A stretch of 30,240 nt of DNA. It comes from Candidatus Hodarchaeum mangrovi (GTDB lineage Archaea > Asgardarchaeota > Heimdallarchaeia > Hodarchaeales > Hodarchaeaceae). The notes below the pieces were generated by a model that was not told where the DNA came from, did no database searches, and saw only the letters and a list, made by a program, of their open reading frames with translations. The translations under genes were made by a program, and so were the position numbers. The stretch is from the NCBI GenBank assembly GCA_016839515.1, contig JAEOUE010000248.1:1-30240 (forward strand). The letters run 5' to 3'. Shown piece after piece: positions 18,037 through 26,230 of the stretch (position 1 is the first letter of the stretch; every line of letters begins with the position of its first letter).

Positions 18037-18073
18037 CCAAATCACCTAGTGTGAAAAAGATTAAGAAATCAGA

Positions 18074-18099
18074 TTCATATGTGTATATGCACATATGAA
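18074..18099. promoter_or_regulatory. 26-bp near-perfect palindrome (candidate operator or 5' UTR hairpin) upstream of oppA
   Basis: TTCATATGTG-TATATG-CACATATGAA: perfect 10-bp arms and only one mismatched pair overall. Lies between the TATA box and the oppA RBS. Confidence 0.65.
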
Positions 18100-18127
18100 C
18101 AGACATACAGTTTTAAAAAGTAAACTC

Positions 18128-18135
18128 TTTATAAA
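18128..18135 (-). promoter_or_regulatory. candidate TATA box of the opp operon
   Basis: Minus strand AACCTTTATAAAG, about 90 nt upstream of the oppA ATG. Confidence 0.55.
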
Positions 18136-18760
18136 GGTTAGTATTGAAAGAAAAGTCTTAAACAGAAATTTCATTGTTTCTTTTAAGTATTAACCTGACA
18201 GAATGAGTTAACCCTATCAATTATTCTAATATCGAGAATTGAATCGGAATTTGGTGGGCATTTCTATTTTTTTGAGAGTACAATAGTTGTTTATTATTTG
18301 GCTATCCACCAAAATATAACATACGTACATATTAATAAAAAATAAAAAGAGCATCTCATTAAGAATAGTCACGTTTTGAAAATCAAAACACTTTATTGTG
18401 TTTTTTGTAGAATACATTGTGTTACATAAACTTTAATGCAATTAGAAGAGATCAAAAGGTTATATTCAATGAATCAAGTAATTAAATTTAAATTTTCTCG
18501 CATAAAGGTCATATTCTTGCTACACATCTTTTAGAAACATTTTACAGTTTTTTCTCAAAGTATAAAATCTTATATCTACTCCTCCTTCTTTCTACAGATG
18601 TATACTATCAGCACTAAAGTCGTAAATATCTGATTTATCTTCTCTTAATATCATACTGTTTCTTACTATCAGTTCAAAGGTAAAAAATGACCTAGAATAA
18701 TCCTTTTCAAATCAACTGCAACTGTTCTCCTTCATTCCAAATAAAGAGTATCTGATCTAA

Positions 18761-20221
18761 ATGAACCCCAATAATAGTGAACCTAGCAGATCATCTTCTT
18801 CTCGAAATATTATTATACCTCTCAGAATGATCCTTCCAATCACTTCTATAGGCACATTCATATCGGCCATGGATGGATCAATAGTGAATGTTTCTTTGTT
18901 GACAATCGCTAATGCTTTGAATACAGATATGGAAGGAATTAGATGGATCACAATTATTTATCTTTTAATTATTTCTTCTTTAATAGGGATTGGAGGTTCA
19001 TTGGGGGATACTTATGGTCGTAAACTAATTTTCCAACTGGGAATGCTTATTTTCATAACTGGATCTTTATTATGTGCCTTTTCCCCCAGTTTAGAAATTC
19101 TTATTATCTCTCGTATTTTTCAAGCTACTGGTGGAGCAGGTCTCATGGCAAATGGATTGGCATTAGTTATCACTTATATTGAACCGGCAATTCGTGGTCG
19201 AGCGATAGGAGTTAATTCACTTGTAGTTGCTTCAGCTCTTTCTTCTGGTCCTGTACTTGGAGGAATATTAACTGAATTTGTAGGATGGCCCAGTATTTTT
19301 CTGATAAATGTACCAATAGGGCTGCTAGGAATTTTACTTGTACATCGGTTCATTCCGGAAACTCCCAAAAAAAGAGTTCAGCTTGATTACAGAGGGATGA
19401 TCATTTTTATCTTAGTTACTCTTTCTCTTGTTCAGGGAGTTTTAATGCTTTTCAAAGGAGACATTATCGGGAGCATTTTTTTAGTTCTATCCTTTATAGG
19501 AGGATTAATCTTTATTCGAATTGAGACTTCCCATCCGACACCAATGATTTCCATCCGAATTATGCGAAATCGAACAATTTTGATTGGAATGATCTCTTCG
19601 TTTCTTTGTTATATGGTTTATTACAGTGTGATCTTCCTATTACCATTCTATTATCAGGAAGTGCTTTCTTTCAAGCAATCACAAACAGGATTATTGATGG
19701 TAGTTCCTCCTTTTGCTATGGCAATTATGGGACCATTTGCTGGATTTTTAGCTGAAAAAATTGAAGCTAAACGATCAACTGCATTCGGTGCTATCTTATT
19801 AAGTGCATTTGTTTTAGCTCTCTCTTTTTTGTTTCTCATTTTTCCTATTAATACTTTAGAAATAGTTTTTCTAATTGTTCCCTTGGCTGCTTTAGCAGCG
19901 GGATCACTAACCACCTTTACTGTATCTAATGGAACTTCAATAATGAACGCTGCCCCCAAAAGTGATGTTAGTGTCGTTTCTGGCTTAATTGGGCTCTCTC
20001 GTAACATTGGATTTGCTTTCGGGACTACTGTAAGTTCCTCATTTTTTGCCTTATTTTTCATCTTAAATAATCCTAGCAATATTTCATCTGGGAATATCTT
20101 CGTTCAGAGTTATTACACAAGTCTAGGTCAAACTTTCTTCATTTTTGCACTTTTTGCTTTTGTGAGTGCAATTATTTCCTATCTTCGTGGATCATCCATA
20201 AATTTTGGTCAATTAAGTTGA
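18761..20221 (+). CDS. MFS transporter, DHA2 (EmrB/QacA, 14-TM) family
   Basis: F..AMD.SIVNV.L, G.LGD.YGRK motif A, SR..QA.GG, RGRAIG, GP.LGG.L....GW..IFLINVP.G. Confidence 0.92.
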   Translation: MNPNNSEPSRSSSSRNIIIPLRMILPITSIGTFISAMDGSIVNVSLLTIANALNTDMEGIRWITIIYLLIISSLIGIGGSLGDTYGRKLIFQLGMLIFITGSLLCAFSPSLEILIISRIFQATGGAGLMANGLALVITYIEPAIRGRAIGVNSLVVASALSSGPVLGGILTEFVGWPSIFLINVPIGLLGILLVHRFIPETPKKRVQLDYRGMIIFILVTLSLVQGVLMLFKGDIIGSIFLVLSFIGGLIFIRIETSHPTPMISIRIMRNRTILIGMISSFLCYMVYYSVIFLLPFYYQEVLSFKQSQTGLLMVVPPFAMAIMGPFAGFLAEKIEAKRSTAFGAILLSAFVLALSFLFLIFPINTLEIVFLIVPLAALAAGSLTTFTVSNGTSIMNAAPKSDVSVVSGLIGLSRNIGFAFGTTVSSSFFALFFILNNPSNISSGNIFVQSYYTSLGQTFFIFALFAFVSAIISYLRGSSINFGQLS

Positions 20222-20233
20222 ACTATTTATTTA

Positions 20234-20260
20234 CCAAATCATGAATCTTTAAATATTGTA
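20234..20260 (+). repeat. direct repeat, copy 1 (27 bp exact)
   Basis: CCAAATCATGAATCTTTAAATATTGTA, identical to 21295-21321. Confidence 0.9.
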
Positions 20261-20410
20261 GTAATGTGTTGATTAAATATTCAGGTTAAAGCTATTGGTA
20301 TTCTCCTGATTTTTGAGACCTCTTCACTTTCTTCATTCACAAAGAAGGTTAAAAAAAAACACTAATTCAACAAAGGAAATTTAAAATCAATTTTTTATTT
20401 TATCAACATA

Positions 20411-20422
20411 AAACTTTAAATT
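20411..20422 (+). promoter_or_regulatory. candidate BRE/TATA of the kinase gene
   Basis: AAACTTTAAATT ending about 35 nt before ATG 20457. Confidence 0.5.
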
Positions 20423-20456
20423 TAGAGCGATATAATTTTCTGCGAGTGAGTCTAAT

Positions 20457-21149
20457 ATGGTCGAAGAAGACGTTGAAACTCTTCAAACGAATCTAGATAA
20501 ATTATTTGAGTCAAAACCTAAGCCTGTTATTTGGGTTGAAGGTATAATCGGATGTGGAAAGACAACTTTAACTAAAAAGCTCTCACGTACCCTTAATTTT
20601 CGTGCAATATATGAACCAGTAAATCTAGAACTCTTGGAGATGTTTTATAGAGATCAAGACCGTTGGGCGTTCGCTATGCAAATTGATCTTCTTCATAGAA
20701 GATATGCATTGCAGAAACTAGGTTCATTTGAATCAATTACTGGTCAAGGTGTAATAATTGATAGAGGTTTGCCTGGTGATCGTGTTTTTGCCAAAATGCT
20801 TTATAAAGCTGGTAAAATGGATAGAATTGAATGGGCAATATATGAAAGAGCTTATTCTGTTATGACAAATTCTTTAATCCCTCCGAGTATCATAATTTTT
20901 ATGGAAGTTACTCCAGAAATCGCTCAGGCACGTATACAAGCCAGAGATCGAAAAGCTGAGCGTGATGGACTGATTCCTCTTGCGTATCTTAAAGAATTAG
21001 AACAGGGATATTTGGAACTGTTAACAGAGATTGAATCAGCCTATCCTGCTTGGAGTAGAGGTATGAGGGTGTTAAGACTCCCATTTAATACAATCGAAGA
21101 ATCAGATGTATCCACTGAAAAAGCTCTCGAAATTATTCGGAATCTGTAA
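20457..21149 (+). CDS. deoxynucleoside kinase (dNK family)
   Basis: P-loop EGIIGCGKTT, EPV, FY.D..RWAF..Q...L..R, IDR....DRVFA and LID RIQARDRKAE. Confidence 0.9.
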   Translation: MVEEDVETLQTNLDKLFESKPKPVIWVEGIIGCGKTTLTKKLSRTLNFRAIYEPVNLELLEMFYRDQDRWAFAMQIDLLHRRYALQKLGSFESITGQGVIIDRGLPGDRVFAKMLYKAGKMDRIEWAIYERAYSVMTNSLIPPSIIIFMEVTPEIAQARIQARDRKAERDGLIPLAYLKELEQGYLELLTEIESAYPAWSRGMRVLRLPFNTIEESDVSTEKALEIIRNL

Positions 21150-21294
21150 TCAATAATTTAATTTTCATTTAAGTAAACGCAAGTTTAGGTTGAACTCTCT
21201 CCAGTTTTATGCTTTTTCCTTGTTTAAGGCATTTATTTCTTATCATAGAGAATCATCCACCCATTTTGGTCAGTAACAATGAAATTCTCATTTG

Positions 21295-21321
21295 CCAAAT
21301 CATGAATCTTTAAATATTGTA
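21295..21321 (+). repeat. direct repeat, copy 2 (27 bp exact)
   Basis: CCAAATCATGAATCTTTAAATATTGTA, identical to 20234-20260. Confidence 0.9.
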
Positions 21322-21437
21322 TTGTTTTATTAAATACTTACATGTTCAAACAAAATAAAAGTTCCAAATTTCAAAGATATCTTATCTGATGGTCAACAGA
21401 ACCCTAAGTATACCCATACCGATTGAAAGGATGAATT

Positions 21438-22376
21438 ATGAATCCCGAAAAATATTGGGAGCTTTTAAGAATAATTTATGGGCTATATAACGCTGGAAAA
21501 TATGAAGAAGTCATTGAATTAATAAAAAATGAACATAAGAACTTTTCTTACGGCAAACCTGCACTTTATTACTCTCAGATTTGCGCTGCAGCCAAATTAA
21601 ATCAGTATGACCTAGCAATCGATTTATTACGTAATATTCTTGATGAAGGGGGATGGTATTCAGAATATGTTTTAAGACAGAGTCAATCGTTACAACCACT
21701 TCAGGAGCTTCCCGAGTTTCAAAAATTACTAAATCAGAGCATAGAACGTTCTAAACCATTTTTAAAGGAAGTTTATGATATTACAGCTATTCCTGATAAT
21801 GTGAATCCTCCCTATCCATTAATGTTAGCCCTTCATGCTGGTAGTGGCTTTGTTGAGGAAGAATTTGAATCTTGGAAGAATATTGTTAAGCAAGGGTATA
21901 TTTTAGGAATGCCTCGATCAACAAATGTATTCTGGTCAGGCAAAGATAGTGCATATTGGCCTGATCATGAGTCTGCAGCCATTCAAATTAAAGAATATTT
22001 AAATAAACTTGACCAAGAGAATTCACTTAATCTAGAGAGAACTATTGTAGGTGGTTTATCAGCTGGTGGAGAGCTAGCAATCTGGTTAGCACTTACTAGT
22101 ACTATTCGTGTACATAAATTTATTGTAATAGCACCTGGTGGTCAGTGGATGAACGAACCTGAAAGATGGAAACCCCTAATTGAAGATACTAAGAATGAAG
22201 ATTTGAGAGGGATGATTATCTTGGGTGATAAAGATGAAGCTGTTCCTCATAAGAGTATTCAACAACTTGTCAACATGCTAAACAAGGGAGGGATTTCATG
22301 CCAGTTTCTCGAATATCCAGACTTAGGTCATTGGTACCCTCCTGATTTTGGAGATCTTTTGATTTCTTTTATTTAA
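21438..22376 (+). CDS. alpha/beta hydrolase (esterase/phospholipase-like) with N-terminal TPR-like helical domain
   Basis: ALHAG, nucleophile GLSAGG, G.KD.AV and LGHWYP form a catalytic triad pattern. The N-terminal ~110 aa are helical and TPR-like. Confidence 0.85.
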   Translation: MNPEKYWELLRIIYGLYNAGKYEEVIELIKNEHKNFSYGKPALYYSQICAAAKLNQYDLAIDLLRNILDEGGWYSEYVLRQSQSLQPLQELPEFQKLLNQSIERSKPFLKEVYDITAIPDNVNPPYPLMLALHAGSGFVEEEFESWKNIVKQGYILGMPRSTNVFWSGKDSAYWPDHESAAIQIKEYLNKLDQENSLNLERTIVGGLSAGGELAIWLALTSTIRVHKFIVIAPGGQWMNEPERWKPLIEDTKNEDLRGMIILGDKDEAVPHKSIQQLVNMLNKGGISCQFLEYPDLGHWYPPDFGDLLISFI

Positions 22377-22547
22377 GATAGAATTTTGAAAACTTTTTTT
22401 TAGAAGCTTTTGAAAGAGAATTCTAAAAATAGTGACCAAGTTTAATTATAAAACTCCAAAACTTTTTAAGATTGAATAGTTCATTAATACAACCTTGGGA
22501 GGTACAATAATATACATTATAAAAATGAAGAATTTTGGTGAGATTTA

Positions 22548-24014
22548 TTGAGTGTATCAAGTTACAAAAAACCTGACATAAAAACGGAGTTCTCCAGTAT
22601 TCCTTCTTTGTTGTATTTACTAATAGCTCTTGTGCTGTATGCTTTTGGAACTTATGCTTTCATAGATTACATTGTAGATCCAGCAAATGCGAGTGTACTA
22701 GAAGATATATCAAGTGGTCTAGCTGTATTAGTCCCATTATCATTACCATTTTTACCGTTGTTAATTGCATTTGGTTTAATCTTTCTGGTAGTTACCTTGA
22801 TTCTAGCTTATATACTTGTATGGATCATGAGTAAGATTGCTCAAGAAGTCACAATAGCGGTCTGTATCCTTTTTCCATTGTTCATGATTGGTTTTGGGGT
22901 AATTATGGCTGGAGGAGGGTTATTGCTATCTGGTGAAGAACAAGCTGCTGTTTCTTTAATTGGTATTATTGTTGCTGGTCTAGGAGTACTATTTCTGATA
23001 TTTGTCATTTGGAAATTTACCATGATTAAACGCAGTGGAAAATTTGTTGAATTTTCAGCTCAACTAGTACTAGATGAGAAGGCAGTTTTAGCAATGCCGC
23101 TCTTATTAGGAATTTTTAGTATAATCACTGGTTTTTTCATGTTGTTTGGATTCTTAAAAATTGTAAACATTTTTTCAGTCCAAAATACCTCTGGTGAATC
23201 CGAATTAAGCATGATAGGAACTATTGTTGCAATTATCTTTGAATATATATACTTGGTTGTTTATCTTGGAGTCTACTATAGTCTTTCTGCTGGTGTTATT
23301 TCATATGCGAGCGATTGGTATAGAGGTTTAGACCCAGACTTAAATTCAGCAATGAAAGATGTTCGTCAAGTTTTTCCTATTATCATCAAGTTTGCGTTTG
23401 CAATGGCAACAGTAAAGCTGATTATGCAAATAGCTACAGGAGGTGGAAGATCTCAAAGAATGAGAACAACACAAGGAAGACAAGATATGGGTGCTGTTGT
23501 AGCAGGAGTTGTTTTTGCAGCTTTTGCAAGCATTATTATTTCCATTCTCGGAGCAATCTGGATGTTTCTAAACTATTTCACGTTGATCTCAATTGTTCAG
23601 AACAAACGAGGTTTAAAAGATTCCATCAAGGATTCCGCAAAAACAACTTGGAATGCCTTATTAGATGTATTGGTAGGGGAATCAGGATTTGGGTTGGCTA
23701 CATTCATTTTTGCGATCATTAATTGTTTCCTATGGGTTATAATTGGATTTGGTTTTGGTTTAGCAGTCGGCCAGCAACTTGGTTTTGGTATATTCTTTGC
23801 TATTGTTTTTTTGATTCTTGGAATTTTGCCGTATAATGTTGTAACAATGCCCATGAAAGTTGCTTTTCGGTCTTTCATCTATTCTTTTGCAAAAGATTCA
23901 ATCGAAGGATTCAAAAAACCCAGTCGTTTACCTACTGAACTTCGTAATGAATTCAAGACCTTATCTACTAAACCAAGGAAACGTGGCATGACAGATCCTA
24001 CAAGATATTTCTAA
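22548..24014 (+). CDS. polytopic membrane protein resembling choline-transporter-like (CTL/SLC44/Pns1) and DUF6159 proteins
   Basis: About 9-10 hydrophobic segments. Motifs IKRSGKFVEFSAQLVLDEKAVLAMP, AGVISYASDWY and AIWMFLNYFTLISIVQNKRGLKDSIKDS. TTG start after GGTGA. The CDS is secure; the family call is by eye. Confidence 0.55.
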   Translation: MSVSSYKKPDIKTEFSSIPSLLYLLIALVLYAFGTYAFIDYIVDPANASVLEDISSGLAVLVPLSLPFLPLLIAFGLIFLVVTLILAYILVWIMSKIAQEVTIAVCILFPLFMIGFGVIMAGGGLLLSGEEQAAVSLIGIIVAGLGVLFLIFVIWKFTMIKRSGKFVEFSAQLVLDEKAVLAMPLLLGIFSIITGFFMLFGFLKIVNIFSVQNTSGESELSMIGTIVAIIFEYIYLVVYLGVYYSLSAGVISYASDWYRGLDPDLNSAMKDVRQVFPIIIKFAFAMATVKLIMQIATGGGRSQRMRTTQGRQDMGAVVAGVVFAAFASIIISILGAIWMFLNYFTLISIVQNKRGLKDSIKDSAKTTWNALLDVLVGESGFGLATFIFAIINCFLWVIIGFGFGLAVGQQLGFGIFFAIVFLILGILPYNVVTMPMKVAFRSFIYSFAKDSIEGFKKPSRLPTELRNEFKTLSTKPRKRGMTDPTRYF

Positions 24015-24017
24015 TAA

Positions 24018-24057
24018 AATGGAGAAATCGTTTCCATTCCCTTTTTTTTCTTTTTTT
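24018..24057 (+). terminator. hairpin plus T-tract terminator between convergent genes
   Basis: AATGGA-GAAATCGTT-TCCATT followed by CCCTTTTTTTTCTTTTTTT. Confidence 0.55.
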
Positions 24058-24673
24058 AAGGTTGAACTTGAGGTTCAGCTTCGGTTTTTTGTATTTCTAA
24101 TTTTAAGATTTCTTGAATTTTTTGTGCTAGGCGAAATACATTTGATTTAGCTGTTTCTCCTTCTTCTTTGTATAATACTTCACTTTCTAGTGAACTATTG
24201 GGTGTCAATCGATAGTCTATTTCAATTTGATAACGATTATAGAGTTTTATTCTATCTAATGGTACTATATGAAGCCTTAACGTCGTAATCTGGTCTTTAA
24301 CGATAGATTTTGTTTTTGGCCATCTAAATAACATTTTTATATTCTGAATTCCACCTGAATCGGGAGATAATTCCTTTTTGACTACCCATAGTTCAGTCCA
24401 ACCCACTTCTCGAAGAGTAATAAGAAAACAGCCTCCACCAAAAAGAAACAGGGTTTGAAAGAAAGGAAAAAATTCACTACTAATCATTCCAAGCCAGAAA
24501 AAAGTCCAAGGGCCTGCGACCTCTAGAAAGTTCCAGTATCCCCAAATAAGCAATAATTGAGCTATTAAACCCATTATAAAGAAAAATAATGCTCGGGAGG
24601 TACTTCCGTGTTGAATTATCTTTAATTCATCTTTTTTGGAATCATCAATTATTATAGGCATAGATAAAGACAC
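24056..24673 (-). CDS. hypothetical membrane protein (2 TM followed by a soluble beta-rich domain)
   Basis: 205-aa ORF with two hydrophobic segments in the N-terminal half. Start may be ATG 24661. Confidence 0.7.
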   Translation of the reverse strand: MSLSMPIIIDDSKKDELKIIQHGSTSRALFFFIMGLIAQLLLIWGYWNFLEVAGPWTFFWLGMISSEFFPFFQTLFLFGGGCFLITLREVGWTELWVVKKELSPDSGGIQNIKMLFRWPKTKSIVKDQITTLRLHIVPLDRIKLYNRYQIEIDYRLTPNSSLESEVLYKEEGETAKSNVFRLAQKIQEILKLEIQKTEAEPQVQP

Positions 24674-24871
24674 TTTTTCCTGATTTTAAATAAAAATTTA
24701 AAGTCTTAATTTTTATTCTTTATCACTAATACATACTAAATATTTAGAATGATCTAGACTATAAAAAAAAATGGAAAACATCTAAGATGATCGTCGTTCT
24801 CGTAAATAATTTTTTCTATGAATCATAAGACAATAATAGCTTTTAGAAAAAAGGGAGAGAAGAGGATTACA

Positions 24872-26086
24872 CTAGTTATTGTGAGATCTTCGAAGCATTG
24901 TTAAAATCACAATCAAAGTTAATCCGTATAGCATGGGCAATAATGGTAGCGGAGAAGGAGTGCCATTAGCTGTTGTAGTGGTACTAGTTGTTGTGGTAGG
25001 GGTAATGCATTGTCCCTGAAACTCAAAGCTCCAGGTATCATTGTAGATGTTATCAAAATCAGTTCCACCTGGCATTCCTCCAAACATTATAGTCCTATTT
25101 GAGTTTATATCATATGCAAGAGGTGCACGACAACGTTTTAATAATTCATTAGATGAATCAATCCAACACCAATAATTGGAGGTGTAATTATAAATCCAGG
25201 TTATTGAGCTGAGAATATCATTACTATATATTCCACCAAAGAGTAAACACACATTGTTTTTAGTATCATAAATTAATGCTCCAGATGACTCTGTAGGATG
25301 ATTAATTGGACTCAGGTTAGTCCAAGTATTCGTGTTGTAATCATATGCCCATGTGTCTGTCAAAATTGTTGCTCCAGTTGCTAACCCACCATATAGGATA
25401 ATCCGATCAGCCTCGGTGTTATATGCCATTATCGGCCAAAAGCGTATTGATGGATGACTTGATGGATTCATATTTTCCCAAGTATTTGTGTTATAGTCAT
25501 ATGCCCAAGTGTCTGCTGTTAAAATATTACCATTAAGAATCCCTCCAAAGAGGATAGTTCTATCTGATTCCTCGTCGTAAACCATAGTACCATAACATCG
25601 TGGTGCAGGCATTGATGAAGGATTCAGATTAGTCCAGAGGTTCTGGTTGTAATCATATTCCCAAGTTTCTTGGTGATTGATGTGTTTCCCTTGAGTATCA
25701 CTCTGATTAAAACCACTGAACATAATGACTCTGTCGGATTCTGAATCATATGTAAAGCCATGTCCAAATCTAACACTTGGTGCAAGTATGGGTGACATAT
25801 TAGTCCAGCTATCAGTTTCATAGGAATATGCCCAAGTATCATTCCTCATGGGATTATTAGGTCCATTTTCGCCTCCAAAAAGGATTATCATATCTGATCC
25901 ACTATCATAAACTAGGGGTGAATCAGTCCTGCCTGGAGGAATAGTTTCTGGATTCATTTTTATCCAAGTATTAGTGTTAACAACCAAAAATCCATACTCA
26001 TTGTTATCTACATAGGCAAAGGTTGTAATTGGAATAGTAACTAGAAATGTGCCTAAAATTAATAACTCAATCTTATTTCTTCTCAT
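24872..26086 (-). CDS. cell-surface Kelch-repeat beta-propeller protein
   Basis: Signal peptide, six repeats of P..R....YD.ESDR.ILFGG...DTWAYDY.TN.W, Thr-rich linker (PTTTTSTTTT), C-terminal TM and RR. Confidence 0.9.
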   Translation of the reverse strand: MRRNKIELLILGTFLVTIPITTFAYVDNNEYGFLVVNTNTWIKMNPETIPPGRTDSPLVYDSGSDMIILFGGENGPNNPMRNDTWAYSYETDSWTNMSPILAPSVRFGHGFTYDSESDRVIMFSGFNQSDTQGKHINHQETWEYDYNQNLWTNLNPSSMPAPRCYGTMVYDEESDRTILFGGILNGNILTADTWAYDYNTNTWENMNPSSHPSIRFWPIMAYNTEADRIILYGGLATGATILTDTWAYDYNTNTWTNLSPINHPTESSGALIYDTKNNVCLLFGGIYSNDILSSITWIYNYTSNYWCWIDSSNELLKRCRAPLAYDINSNRTIMFGGMPGGTDFDNIYNDTWSFEFQGQCITPTTTTSTTTTANGTPSPLPLLPMLYGLTLIVILTMLRRSHNN

Positions 26087-26230
26087 AGTTTTTCACTCCT
26101 AATTATTTATTAAATTGTCTCCTAATTTTAAATTCAAAGATATTATTGCTCAATAAATTCATTAAGACCAAAAAAATTGATTATACTGTTTATAATTAAT
26201 GAATAAAAATATAAAACTGGAAAATTGGGT

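Noticed and set aside
17921-18417. ORFs 17921-18106 and 18226-18417, and inverted repeat TTTGGTGG...CCACCAAA (about 18250-18313)
   Set aside because: The ORFs look like translated AT-rich spacer. The 8-bp inverted repeat has no target-site duplication or second copy to support a MITE.
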